Below are positions 9,552 through 19,089 of a stretch of 64,000 bases of DNA, in pieces. How positions within the stretch are numbered: position 1 is the stretch's first letter; each line of letters begins with the position of its first letter. The stretch is taken from the sequence record PP886230.1, one strand, 5' to 3'. The position numbers were made by a program, and so were the translations under genes. Under the pieces are notes generated by a model. The model did no database searches and was not told the origin of the DNA. It was given only the letters and a program-made list of their open reading frames with translations.

Positions 9552-10158
9552 CAGTGCATATGTAATCGGTATTATTATTTCTGGTATGCTTGCATATAAC
9601 TATAACCGAAGTGTTCTAGGTTATGTAGTACTTGGTACAGTACTAAGTCCAGTGATTGCCATTGGTCTTCTTGTTATGCTAGGTGAGAAAAATACAAGCT
9701 TCTTTATTACTAAAGAACTTGATAAAATCACTCCAGCACCAGAAACAGTTATTCCAGAAGTTAAAGAAGAAGTTAAAGAAGTTGAAGTTCAAATGCAAGT
9801 TAAAGTGTATAATACACTTGAAGAAACTGATCCTAAAGTTGTAGTGAATGTAGTTCCAGTCGTTGAAGATGTGAAACCAAAAGCTCCTAAAGTACAGAAA
9901 AATACTAAAACTGCAAAGAAAGCTCGTTACACTAAAGGTAAGAACAAAGGTAAATCTAAGGATGAACCACAACTAGGTGTTCATGACCATACTGCACAAA
10001 TTGCAACGGCAGCGACCGCAGCAGCAATCGTAACATCACCAATCTACAACAATGATGATTACAGTGATTATAGCCGTCACAGCAGTTCTTCCTCTGATTC
10101 TTGTTCCTATGATAGCTCTAGTTCTGATTCAAGTTCATCGTCTGGAAGTTGTGATTAA
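9529..10158 (+). CDS. Membrane protein with a Ser/Asp-rich C-terminal tail
   Basis: Two N-terminal hydrophobic helices, a Lys-rich linker and the C-terminus SSSSSDSCSYDSSSSDSSSSSGSCD; AAGGAG SD. Confidence 0.7.
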   Translation: MLTPIILSSAYVIGIIISGMLAYNYNRSVLGYVVLGTVLSPVIAIGLLVMLGEKNTSFFITKELDKITPAPETVIPEVKEEVKEVEVQMQVKVYNTLEETDPKVVVNVVPVVEDVKPKAPKVQKNTKTAKKARYTKGKNKGKSKDEPQLGVHDHTAQIATAATAAAIVTSPIYNNDDYSDYSRHSSSSSDSCSYDSSSSDSSSSSGSCD

Positions 10159-10487
10159 TGTCAATGAAACCACTAATTCAACATAATATTTTTTATAGGT
10201 CATTATTCAAAATTCAAGATGATTTTTATCAGACGTTGAGTAATGATCTTATAGGTAAAACTGTACGATATTCGGAACAATACATCAAACGTATGACAAG
10301 TGAGTATATTGACCCTGAATACGAATACGACATTGAACACATTAATCCCAATACTAGAATGAAAATCATTGAGATATTTAAGAATGGGAGAACTATAGGT
10401 GCTGAAATTGAGTACTTGAATTGTGATTGTTACATAGATACCGAGTTAAGTTTGGATTATCTTGTTTTAGTGGATGATGAGGAATAA
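10158..10487 (+). CDS. Hypothetical protein (KYIG family)
   Basis: LSNDLIGKTVRY; TAATG overlap. Confidence 0.6.
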   Translation: MSMKPLIQHNIFYRSLFKIQDDFYQTLSNDLIGKTVRYSEQYIKRMTSEYIDPEYEYDIEHINPNTRMKIIEIFKNGRTIGAEIEYLNCDCYIDTELSLDYLVLVDDEE

Positions 10488-10489
10488 TT

Positions 10490-10705
10490 ATGATAACATT
10501 TTTTGCAATATATGGTTTTGTAGCATTTGTTACATTTATAACCAACTTTCTAGTACTTAATTGGGGTTGTTTTAAAGATGAAATCATGATTATCATGAAT
10601 CTCCAAACAGCAGCACTGATGGCTATTATTTGGCCTGTAACATTAGTATATATTTTTATTTCACTTACCCAAGATATTATTAACAAATATAAGAGAAAGA
10701 AATAA
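10490..10705 (+). CDS. Small membrane protein
   Basis: Two hydrophobic segments, IIWPV motif, basic tail. Confidence 0.6.
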   Translation: MITFFAIYGFVAFVTFITNFLVLNWGCFKDEIMIIMNLQTAALMAIIWPVTLVYIFISLTQDIINKYKRKK

Positions 10706-10956
10706 TGTTCAACACTGACTTATCACATTTGCGATATCTTATGTCTTTGGCTGATGATTTTATAAATGATCTGAAGCCAAAATATATTGGTCAAGAAGTA
10801 CGATTAATAAACTCCAGAGGGTATGGAAAGTATATTATTACTGATATGTATATTAGTGGTGGTGAATGGCGTTTTAAAATTAATACTTATCTTAAAGATG
10901 GTTCTTTTGCTGGAACACAAGTTACTAAACACACTAATATTATATGGTTGGAGTAA
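10705..10956 (+). CDS. Hypothetical protein (KYIG family)
   Basis: DLKPKYIGQEVRL. Confidence 0.6.
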   Translation: MFNTDLSHLRYLMSLADDFINDLKPKYIGQEVRLINSRGYGKYIITDMYISGGEWRFKINTYLKDGSFAGTQVTKHTNIIWLE

Positions 10957-10958
10957 TA

Positions 10959-11702
10959 ATGAAACACTTCTTAGAAGTAACTGTACCTGATGATAAAGAT
11001 TTATACATTGTAGGTGATTTGCATGGTAATGGTAAACTATGGGATGCTACAGTGAAAGAATTTGGTATTACACACAATGATTATGTTTTCAGTGTAGGTG
11101 ATATTATCGACCGTGGAGAACAAAATTCAAAGCTCCTTTTTGAATTTTTGTTCGGAGAAAATCGTTACATGATTGCGGGTAATCATGAGATGATGTGCGT
11201 TGATTCGGAAACACTTCGAGATTGGTATCATTGTTGGATAAGTAATGGTGGTGATAAATTCCTTGATGAAGTTGGAGGAACAGGCATTCAATTCTTTCGT
11301 CAGTACTTAAAGGATCTCCCTATGATTATCCAAATCAATCACCGAGGATTGAAGATTGGGTTAGTTCATGCTGGAGTTCCGTTGGAATATACAACATGGG
11401 AACGATTTGTTAATGGGACAAAATCACTTAGTGCTGATATAATTGATAAGTGCTTGTGGGATAGAAAAACATTCGATTATTGTAGAACTAATAATACATA
11501 TTATGCACCTAAGTTAGATGGAGTGCATTGTGTCTTTAGTGGACATACAGCAGTTACAGACCCACTCATTTACGGTAATCGCATTTGGATTGATAGTCAG
11601 TTCTTGACGGGTGACTTAACTCTCGCTACTCCACAAAGTGGTGGAATGAGATATTTACGTAAAGAAAAAGATGAGTACTCATTCAATCGTTTCAAAAGGT
11701 AA
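10959..11702 (+). CDS. Ser/Thr protein phosphatase-like metallophosphoesterase (NinI/PphA family)
   Basis: GDLHG, GDIIDRG, GNHE, HAG and GHT motifs. Confidence 0.9.
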   Translation: MKHFLEVTVPDDKDLYIVGDLHGNGKLWDATVKEFGITHNDYVFSVGDIIDRGEQNSKLLFEFLFGENRYMIAGNHEMMCVDSETLRDWYHCWISNGGDKFLDEVGGTGIQFFRQYLKDLPMIIQINHRGLKIGLVHAGVPLEYTTWERFVNGTKSLSADIIDKCLWDRKTFDYCRTNNTYYAPKLDGVHCVFSGHTAVTDPLIYGNRIWIDSQFLTGDLTLATPQSGGMRYLRKEKDEYSFNRFKR

Positions 11703-11707
11703 TAATT

Positions 11708-11977
11708 ATGCATGATGTAGTTAAAAAATATTTGAATGATAGATATATTATGAAAAAATCTATTAATTCTATCCTAAAAGACCATGCTAATCAAATACGT
11801 GAGATTCTATCAAATAAACTTATTGGTTGTTCAGTTGAGTTCAACTACAAAAAGAATGTCGTGAAGGTTGGAGTTATTAAACGTGTAGTTGCTGTTTATG
11901 ACCAAGATGTATATGTTGAAATAGAATATGATGGTAAATTATCACAATTAAGTACTGAAGATTTAACATTTTTATAA
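11708..11977 (+). CDS. Hypothetical protein (KYIG family)
   Basis: LSNKLIGCSVEF...GVIKRV. Confidence 0.6.
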   Translation: MHDVVKKYLNDRYIMKKSINSILKDHANQIREILSNKLIGCSVEFNYKKNVVKVGVIKRVVAVYDQDVYVEIEYDGKLSQLSTEDLTFL

Positions 11978-11987
11978 GGAAATAGAA

Positions 11988-12215
11988 ATGAAAGTAATTC
12001 AAGTTATGGTAGAAAAATACCAAACTGAAGATGGTCGTATTTTTGATTCAGCTAAACAAGCTGAACACCATGAACGTATTATTTCGGGTGCACGTAAAGT
12101 ATGTCCTACATGTAATGGAACACAACAAGTACCGTCAGAAGATTACCGCAGCTTTTATGCTTGTCCACACTGTGATGGGAAAGGCTACGTAGAAAAACAA
12201 GAGGTATGGAAATGA
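11988..12215 (+). CDS. Small protein with a DnaJ-type Zn finger
   Basis: CPTCNGT and CPHCDGKG (CxxCxGxG repeats). Confidence 0.7.
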   Translation: MKVIQVMVEKYQTEDGRIFDSAKQAEHHERIISGARKVCPTCNGTQQVPSEDYRSFYACPHCDGKGYVEKQEVWK

Positions 12216-12625
12216 AATTGTATTGCTTAACTAATATGTACTGCCAAGGTGTCCAAGCTGGTATTCAAGCATTCCATGCTGGTGTTAAACTAATTAAAGA
12301 ATATGAAGGTACTGCTTTCAGTACTATTATTGATGAATGGTACTATGAACACGAAACTATTGTAGTACTAAATGCTGGTGGACATGATAAGTTAAATTCT
12401 TATTATAACAACCTTAGCAAACAGGGAAAAGTTCCGTTTGCCAAATTCAATGAAGCTGGATTGAATGATGCTATTACCTGTGTGGCAGTACTGTGTACGT
12501 CTGAAATGATTGAAGACATGGCTGTTATGCGTATGAATCTTCCTGCTGGTGATCAACTAATGCAAGTAAAATATGGTGCATTGTTTGACACATTAAAAGC
12601 AATCAGCACAATGAGGACTATTTGA
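12212..12625 (+). CDS. Peptidyl-tRNA hydrolase 2 (PTH2)-like protein
   Basis: GVQAGIQAFHA (cf. GKxAAQxxHA), WxxxxxTIVVLN, FNEAGLNDAITCVAV. Confidence 0.55.
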   Translation: MKLYCLTNMYCQGVQAGIQAFHAGVKLIKEYEGTAFSTIIDEWYYEHETIVVLNAGGHDKLNSYYNNLSKQGKVPFAKFNEAGLNDAITCVAVLCTSEMIEDMAVMRMNLPAGDQLMQVKYGALFDTLKAISTMRTI

Positions 12626-13824
12626 TGGATTTTCCAGAGAAGTTATTTGTTGCACGTTCCTATGTAAACCACAACCAAGTTGATGGTTTTATTATCGATG
12701 CAACAAAATCACATACAAAAGCGTTTGAAACAAAGAAAGAGAGAGCAGAGTACTGGGCAAAGAAGAACAATCTTCCATCGTTATATATTGACAACGTTCC
12801 AACTACGGGATTTTGTGTAGTTGATAAATTAACAACTCATGCACGAGAAACATATTTCACGATCCGTCACCCAGAAGGATTTGAATTTATGATTAGTGCC
12901 AAAAACATGAATGATTTAATTATCAATAACGATATAATCAAAGGTGTTTTTGTAGACCCAATGTTTTTCAACAATAACTTAGAATTAATTAATGGTAAAA
13001 CAAAAACGTTTGCTAAGTTAGTTGAAAAAGAAAATAAAAAAGAACAACAAAAAGAAACAGTAGCAGGTCTTAAAGTTGGTGATGGTTTCACTTATCTTAA
13101 AGAAGATTACTATTACTGCGGTAAAGTACATGCAATTTGTATAAAGAAAACTAAAGAATTTGCATATCCCGACAAAAGTTCAGTTTATCATTTACTTTTT
13201 AACAGTACTCGTGGAACTTATGCATTGAATCAACGTTTGGATAATTACAATCTTGAACCTCGTGCACTCTTGAATAAGAAGACTACGGCAGATGAAGAAA
13301 TTAAACTTGCTAATGATTTTTGGCAAAGCTATAGAACAAACAGACATAACCCATTAGGTGAATCTAACATTCCAGTACTGGTACACAATAAATCATTTAA
13401 AGCAAAAGACCTAAAAATTAAATATGAAGAAATAAATGTTGATGATCTTATGAATAATGGACGTTTCAACGAGAACGTACCATTTATGACTAAAGATAAT
13501 GAACAAACATATCGCGTATTTTTTGGTGTAAGTAATAATACAACGCGTAGTTATTATGGGCGTAGTGGAGATTATAATATCCATTATAATGATAAATTTG
13601 AACGCTTTAGTGCATATCCAGTTCAAATTGATGATAATGGGATTATGGTAATGGATGTTGATATTAATGAACACTCATCATTTAGTACATGGAATGGCTA
13701 TCGTTCCCCATTCTTCCCACCAAATGAACGCAAAACATCAAGTACTCGTTACTACCAAGACAAACCATGCCACGTTCAATTATCAATTAGTAATCCACTT
13801 TACATTGGAAAGTATTATCTATAA
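12622..13824 (+). CDS. Hypothetical protein (400 aa)
   Basis: Long ORF, GAGGA SD; no recognised motif. Confidence 0.75.
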   Translation: MMDFPEKLFVARSYVNHNQVDGFIIDATKSHTKAFETKKERAEYWAKKNNLPSLYIDNVPTTGFCVVDKLTTHARETYFTIRHPEGFEFMISAKNMNDLIINNDIIKGVFVDPMFFNNNLELINGKTKTFAKLVEKENKKEQQKETVAGLKVGDGFTYLKEDYYYCGKVHAICIKKTKEFAYPDKSSVYHLLFNSTRGTYALNQRLDNYNLEPRALLNKKTTADEEIKLANDFWQSYRTNRHNPLGESNIPVLVHNKSFKAKDLKIKYEEINVDDLMNNGRFNENVPFMTKDNEQTYRVFFGVSNNTTRSYYGRSGDYNIHYNDKFERFSAYPVQIDDNGIMVMDVDINEHSSFSTWNGYRSPFFPPNERKTSSTRYYQDKPCHVQLSISNPLYIGKYYL

Positions 13825-13835
13825 AGGAATATACA

Positions 13836-15254
13836 ATGAGCATTTTAGCAATTCTAGAAAGCATTAAAAATACTAGCAGTACACTAGGCAAAAAAGCTAT
13901 TCTTGAACAAAATAAAGATAATGTAACTTTACAAAAAGTACTGAAATATACTCTAGACCCTTCTATCGTTAGTGGCTATAAGAAGCTCCCTGCCGCTGAT
14001 GACGTATATCAACATATGACGTTAGATGAAGCAATTGATAAGCTAGAATGCATTTACAAGCGTGATGTGACAGGAAATGCGGGGCGTGATTTCATTGCTT
14101 CAGTACTGGGTTCAGTATCAGAAGATGATCAAGAAGTTCTCCGTAAAATGCTTACTAAAAACCTTGATTGTGGTATTCAAGAAAAGAACTGCAATGATGT
14201 ATTTGGTAAAGGCTTTATTAAAGACGAACCATATATGCGTTGTTCTTTGATTGACAAAAAGACTGCAAAGAACATTAACTTCAAAGATTATGGTTATGCT
14301 ATATCAGAAGTGAAAATGGATGGTCAGTACTTGAACCACGTTGTCATTAATGGTTCATTAACTTCTACATCCCGTAATGGTAAACTATACGACTTCCTGG
14401 GTTGTCGAGATGGTGAGATGGCAGGTCTTGCTCACATCATCCAAAGTAAAGATGAACGTTTTAGTAGTGGTGTAGTCTTTATGGGTGAAGGTGTAGTACT
14501 GGACAATGATGGGGAAACAATTCTCCCACGCACTACTGGCAACGGTATAATTCAGAAAGCTGGAAAAGATAGCATCAGTCAGAATGAAGCAATGCGTACT
14601 GTATTCGTTCTATGGGATGTTGTTCCATATGATGCATTTTGTGAAGGTGTATGGGATGTAAAACGTAAAGAACGTCGCGAGATCTTAGTAGATGCAATTA
14701 ACGAACTCAATAGTGATTTTGTTCGTATGGTTGGATTCCGTAAAGTTCTAAACATCAAAGAAGCATTTGAGTACAATAGTGAACTAATGAACGAAGGTGA
14801 AGAGGGTTCAGTACTGAAATGTGAAGATGGTATCTGGAAATCTCACACTTCTCCGAAGCAGTTGAAAATGAAATTGAAAATGCAACTAGACTTGCGTATT
14901 GTTGGTTTCAATGAAGGTGAAGGTAAACGTAAAGGAAGCCTAGGTTCTTTACAACTGGAAAGTGCTTGTGGTTCATTGAAAGTTAATGTGGGTACTGGTA
15001 TCAAAGAGAAAGATGCTGAATGGACATTTAAAACCATTTGGGAAAGAATGCAAGAACTTATTGGTAAAGTGGTTACAGTTGAGTGTAATGACATTGTATT
15101 CGAGAAGCGTACTGGTGAGCCATCACTGTTCTTACCAGTGTTTATTGAATTTAGATTTGACAAAAACACTTGTGACGACTATACTCGTATTTTAGAAATT
15201 CGTGATAGTGCTGTTGAGGTGTTCTCAAACAGTATCATTGAATCACTTGGCTAA
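13836..15254 (+). CDS. lig: ATP-dependent DNA ligase (T4 gp30-like)
   Basis: N-terminal STLGKKAILE DNA-binding domain; motif I EVKMDG; EGSVLK; C-terminal OB fold with SLFLPVFIEFRFDK. Confidence 0.95.
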   Translation: MSILAILESIKNTSSTLGKKAILEQNKDNVTLQKVLKYTLDPSIVSGYKKLPAADDVYQHMTLDEAIDKLECIYKRDVTGNAGRDFIASVLGSVSEDDQEVLRKMLTKNLDCGIQEKNCNDVFGKGFIKDEPYMRCSLIDKKTAKNINFKDYGYAISEVKMDGQYLNHVVINGSLTSTSRNGKLYDFLGCRDGEMAGLAHIIQSKDERFSSGVVFMGEGVVLDNDGETILPRTTGNGIIQKAGKDSISQNEAMRTVFVLWDVVPYDAFCEGVWDVKRKERREILVDAINELNSDFVRMVGFRKVLNIKEAFEYNSELMNEGEEGSVLKCEDGIWKSHTSPKQLKMKLKMQLDLRIVGFNEGEGKRKGSLGSLQLESACGSLKVNVGTGIKEKDAEWTFKTIWERMQELIGKVVTVECNDIVFEKRTGEPSLFLPVFIEFRFDKNTCDDYTRILEIRDSAVEVFSNSIIESLG

Positions 15255-15273
15255 ACACTTATAGGAGGTAATT

Positions 15274-16065
15274 ATGAAATTTGTTGTAACGTCTGACGTA
15301 CACGGTGGTACTGATTACCTCCATAGTGGTGATTACAGTGATACAGTACTGATTATTGCTGGGGACTTCGATGAAGTTAAACGCAGTCGTTACCGTACTG
15401 GTATAGAATCACTATGTAAGCAGTTTAAGAATGTAGTACTGGTTCCTGGCAATCATGAATATTATGGTTCCAATATCCACAAAACGCATAAAGTACTGTC
15501 CGATATGCAAGATGAGATTCCTAATTTCATCTTTTTGCAAAACAAATTTGTATGGCTGGATGGAGTACTGCTTGTTGGTAGTACTCTGTGGACAGACTTC
15601 GATAAAGGTAATTCTTTGACGAAGTTTGATGCTCGTCTGAAGATGAACGATTACAAACATATCCGTCATGGAACAACATCAGAGCCTTGGCGTAAGAAAC
15701 TGACACCAGATGATACTGAGTTTATGCATCACAAAGATAAACAATTTATCAAAAATTCTATTGACACAGTTCGCTTTATGCATGATAATGATTTCAAGGT
15801 CATCGTGGTTACCCATCACGCACCAAGTTATCAAAGTGTTTCACCAAAATATAAAAATGATTCACTGAATGGTTGTTACTGTTCCGATATGGATCAGTAC
15901 ATTGAAGATTTGGGTGCTGATGTTTGGATTCATGGTCATGTTCATAGTAGTTTTGACTACCACATTGGTAAGACACGTATCATTTGTAATCCACGAGGCT
16001 ATGAATCATACAGTGGAGCTTGTGAGAATTTTGATTACAATCCTAAATTTGTATTTGAAATTTAA
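15274..16065 (+). CDS. Calcineurin-like metallophosphoesterase
   Basis: SDVH, AGD, PGNHEYY, THHAPS, WIHGHVH and NPRGY motifs. Confidence 0.9.
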   Translation: MKFVVTSDVHGGTDYLHSGDYSDTVLIIAGDFDEVKRSRYRTGIESLCKQFKNVVLVPGNHEYYGSNIHKTHKVLSDMQDEIPNFIFLQNKFVWLDGVLLVGSTLWTDFDKGNSLTKFDARLKMNDYKHIRHGTTSEPWRKKLTPDDTEFMHHKDKQFIKNSIDTVRFMHDNDFKVIVVTHHAPSYQSVSPKYKNDSLNGCYCSDMDQYIEDLGADVWIHGHVHSSFDYHIGKTRIICNPRGYESYSGACENFDYNPKFVFEI

Positions 16066-16077
16066 TGAGAGGATATT

Positions 16078-16461
16078 GTGTCATTAATTTATTTTGAACT
16101 ACCAGAATATACCAATTATCCAAGCCGAGTTATTTGCTCAGTTTATAGTAATGCATATCATCACTTGTTAGTGAATAGTAATAAAGCTGTGCATTATTAT
16201 CGAAATAAAGAACCACGTACATTAAAGAATCGTTATGGGTTTGACCCAACTAACACTGAAGTTGAACTCTGTGATCTGTTCGGGGAAGTAATGGTGGTGT
16301 TGAAACGAGATATTCATCTTTTCCATACATACAAACTTAATCAGTACTTTATGGAAACACTGTCTATACGTTCCCATGCTCCGATGATTAAAGTTGATTT
16401 GAATTATGTTGATGATAAATTGAAATATGATTTCATTAATTCACTTGTTTATTTGGAGTAA
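16078..16461 (+). CDS. Hypothetical protein
   Basis: GTG start after GAGGA. Confidence 0.55.
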   Translation: MSLIYFELPEYTNYPSRVICSVYSNAYHHLLVNSNKAVHYYRNKEPRTLKNRYGFDPTNTEVELCDLFGEVMVVLKRDIHLFHTYKLNQYFMETLSIRSHAPMIKVDLNYVDDKLKYDFINSLVYLE

Positions 16462-16462
16462 T

Positions 16463-16867
16463 ATGAATATACGTTCAGTACGAATATTTTCATTTGTTGA
16501 TATGAATAAAAAACACTCTTATGTGTTTGAAAATGTCAATAAGTTAAATCCTCATACGGCAAAAATGATTGAAACCATGAAGAACTTGAGTTTACATATA
16601 GAAGTTTACTATCTTCATGACGATTCTGTTTATGTATATGATGATGGATGGTATGACGGTGTGTTTTATGATGACATTAGCACTACTGCTGATTACTACT
16701 TTCTAGTGAGTAATCCACTATTCAGTACTAAAACTTTGTTTGACATTACCGATACAAGCGTGTATGATACAATTCATGTTGAGTTACTTAAGTTTGATCC
16801 AGTATTATTCAACAAAGAGACGGCGTATTGGATGACTGATTTCTTTTCAAATATTCCAGTAAAATAG
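16463..16867 (+). CDS. Hypothetical protein
   Basis: ATG 16463 after GGAG. Confidence 0.6.
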   Translation: MNIRSVRIFSFVDMNKKHSYVFENVNKLNPHTAKMIETMKNLSLHIEVYYLHDDSVYVYDDGWYDGVFYDDISTTADYYFLVSNPLFSTKTLFDITDTSVYDTIHVELLKFDPVLFNKETAYWMTDFFSNIPVK

Positions 16868-16868
16868 T

Positions 16869-16897
16869 TTGGACATTTTAAATCTTAGTGATATAAT
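16869..16897 (+). promoter_or_regulatory. GGGAC-class promoter upstream of clpP
   Basis: TTGGAC-17 nt-TATAAT with TGA extension. Confidence 0.7.
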
Positions 16898-16931
16898 ACT
16901 CACAACAACGAAATAATAGAGGAAATTAATA

Positions 16932-17627
16932 ATGGTTGAACAATTCATGTTTGGTGGTTATGCTAATGGCGAAGTACGTAACATTTCTATTCCTTACGTA
17001 GTTGAGAAAGTTAATGGTTCAGAACGTACATATGATCTAGCATCTCGTATGATGCAAGACCGTATCATTTTCCTTGATACTGATTTCAATGATCAAATGG
17101 CACATATCATCAAACAACAATTGGTATGGTTAGACTCACAAGGTGATTCCCCTATTACATTCTACATTAGTTCACCGGGTGGTTCAGTACACGCAGGTTT
17201 GGGTATTGCAGATGTTGCTAAGTCTTGTATTTCGCCAATTCGCACTGTAGTAATGGGCTATGCAGCATCAATGGGTTGCTATACACAATCTGTTATTGGG
17301 ACTAAAGGTTTCCGTTTAGGTGGTAAACGCTCATACTTCATGTGTCACCAAGTAAGTTCTGGTACACAAGGTCTAATTACAGACCAGAAGATTTCCCTAC
17401 AACATTCTGATGCACTGAATACATTGTTGACCAAAGAAATTGCAGAAGCTGTAGGTGTATCACATGAACAATTACTAAAAGATGCTGACCGCGATTTGTG
17501 GTTAAATGCAGAAGAAGCACTTGAATATGGTGAACATGGTTTCATTGATGGTATTATTCTTGGTCCACGTAACGAAGAAGGCAAGTACTTAGTTAAGCGT
17601 CGCGGTGGTGTAGAAGAGTGGGTGTAA
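16932..17627 (+). CDS. clpP: ATP-dependent Clp protease proteolytic subunit
   Basis: DRIIFL, YISSPGGSV, catalytic Ser in AASMG, His in MCHQ, DRDLWLNAEEALEYG. Confidence 0.93.
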   Translation: MVEQFMFGGYANGEVRNISIPYVVEKVNGSERTYDLASRMMQDRIIFLDTDFNDQMAHIIKQQLVWLDSQGDSPITFYISSPGGSVHAGLGIADVAKSCISPIRTVVMGYAASMGCYTQSVIGTKGFRLGGKRSYFMCHQVSSGTQGLITDQKISLQHSDALNTLLTKEIAEAVGVSHEQLLKDADRDLWLNAEEALEYGEHGFIDGIILGPRNEEGKYLVKRRGGVEEWV

Positions 17628-17675
17628 GATAGATTTTGATGCCTCAATATGGGGCATCATCTTTGTGGAGATTAT

Positions 17676-17966
17676 ATGAAAGTACTAGTACGTAATAATA
17701 CGGAAGTAGCAAATGTATTAGAAGATTCCGATTTTATTAATGTTGCGTTCGATCAAATTAGTGCAGTAGCACTTGAATTAAAAAATGTAGATGAATCTGA
17801 GCGTGTGCTGAATGGTTTTGCAATTGTACTTGAATTAATGAATGAAGTACTAATTAAAAAGAACATTAATCCAGTTGATGCGGTTCAACATGCAGAAGCT
17901 GTGCGTAAAGAACACGGTACATTCTCTGACAAAAAATACATTCAAACTGATGAGGTAAAAGAATAA
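17676..17966 (+). CDS. Hypothetical protein
   Basis: ATG 17676 after GGAG. Confidence 0.65.
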   Translation: MKVLVRNNTEVANVLEDSDFINVAFDQISAVALELKNVDESERVLNGFAIVLELMNEVLIKKNINPVDAVQHAEAVRKEHGTFSDKKYIQTDEVKE

Positions 17967-17967
17967 T

Positions 17968-18414
17968 ATGTCCAATGCACAATATAAAGATGGTTATGAC
18001 GCATACAAAGCAAAAGTAGTTCTAAGTGCTGAACAGCTAAAAATGCAGCATCCATTATATCGTCAGGGCTATCGTGCAGCACAAGCAGAAGCAATGAAGA
18101 AAAATAATGTAACTTTCCCTACTACACTATATGATATTCCAAAACGTCCACACATTTTTAAAGCTGAATGGACTGATATTATGGCAGCGACAAAGCGTCC
18201 ACGCTTTGCTAAATTACACACCGATGAAGGTCGCTGGTTGCTAATGGGGATTATGAAAGCAGTTGAGAATCAATCTCATAAGATTGTTCGTTATAAAGAT
18301 GTTGTTGCTATGGTTGATAAAGCATTTGACCTTGTACTTCAATATGGTTATGATGAAGGTGTTCTAACTGTCGCTGATTGTGAAAAATATCAGTACACCC
18401 CATATCAAAAATAA
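17968..18414 (+). CDS. Hypothetical protein
   Basis: ORF followed by a terminator. Confidence 0.65.
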   Translation: MSNAQYKDGYDAYKAKVVLSAEQLKMQHPLYRQGYRAAQAEAMKKNNVTFPTTLYDIPKRPHIFKAEWTDIMAATKRPRFAKLHTDEGRWLLMGIMKAVENQSHKIVRYKDVVAMVDKAFDLVLQYGYDEGVLTVADCEKYQYTPYQK

Positions 18415-18425
18415 TATTGTGAAAA

Positions 18426-18453
18426 GGAATCCTATCATGGGATTCCTATTTTT
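18426..18453 (+). terminator. Rho-independent terminator
   Basis: GGAATCCT-ATCAT-GGGATTCC then A and a T-run. Confidence 0.7.
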
Positions 18454-18534
18454 ATTGCTGTATATCAATTTTCCATTGATCATATTTTGATCTATATGAG
18501 CTAAATACCCAAGGAATCATTGTTACTAGGGTAG

Positions 18535-19089
18535 GTGAATATGCAGCAATATAATTTAACTGAAGAACAAAGTGATATTTTTTACCATCATATGTTTTTA
18601 ATTGATGAATTTGCTTTAAAAATTAATTCTGAAGCAATTGATATATTGAAGAAATGGTATAGTTGTTATAATAAAAACAAAAAGTGGTATTGGTTTAATA
18701 GAAATATAAAATCATTTCTAAAAACAATCACACACACTGATAGTATTGAGTTAATACATAGTTCTATTGGATATAGTTACTTAACTAAACACAACAGTAC
18801 TATGATGTTATCAGGGTTTAAAGTTGAAAGAATTTCCAAGTTAACAGGTTTGTCATTAGAAACAATTCTATATGATATTGAGAAAATTTGGAAAACTATA
18901 GAATTAATGCATAAAAATATGTCATTCATATATAGAAATTATGATATATTCACTGATGTACGACAATATCATAATAAACCGTATGTATTGGATGAAAAGT
19001 ACTATAATCATATGGAAGTTTGTTCTAAACTCGTTGATGATTGGAATCTAGAGGGACATAATGAAATACACACACCTAAGTATAGATGA
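18535..19089 (+). CDS. Hypothetical protein
   Basis: AT-rich ORF; possible paralog of the next gene. Confidence 0.6.
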   Translation: MNMQQYNLTEEQSDIFYHHMFLIDEFALKINSEAIDILKKWYSCYNKNKKWYWFNRNIKSFLKTITHTDSIELIHSSIGYSYLTKHNSTMMLSGFKVERISKLTGLSLETILYDIEKIWKTIELMHKNMSFIYRNYDIFTDVRQYHNKPYVLDEKYYNHMEVCSKLVDDWNLEGHNEIHTPKYR

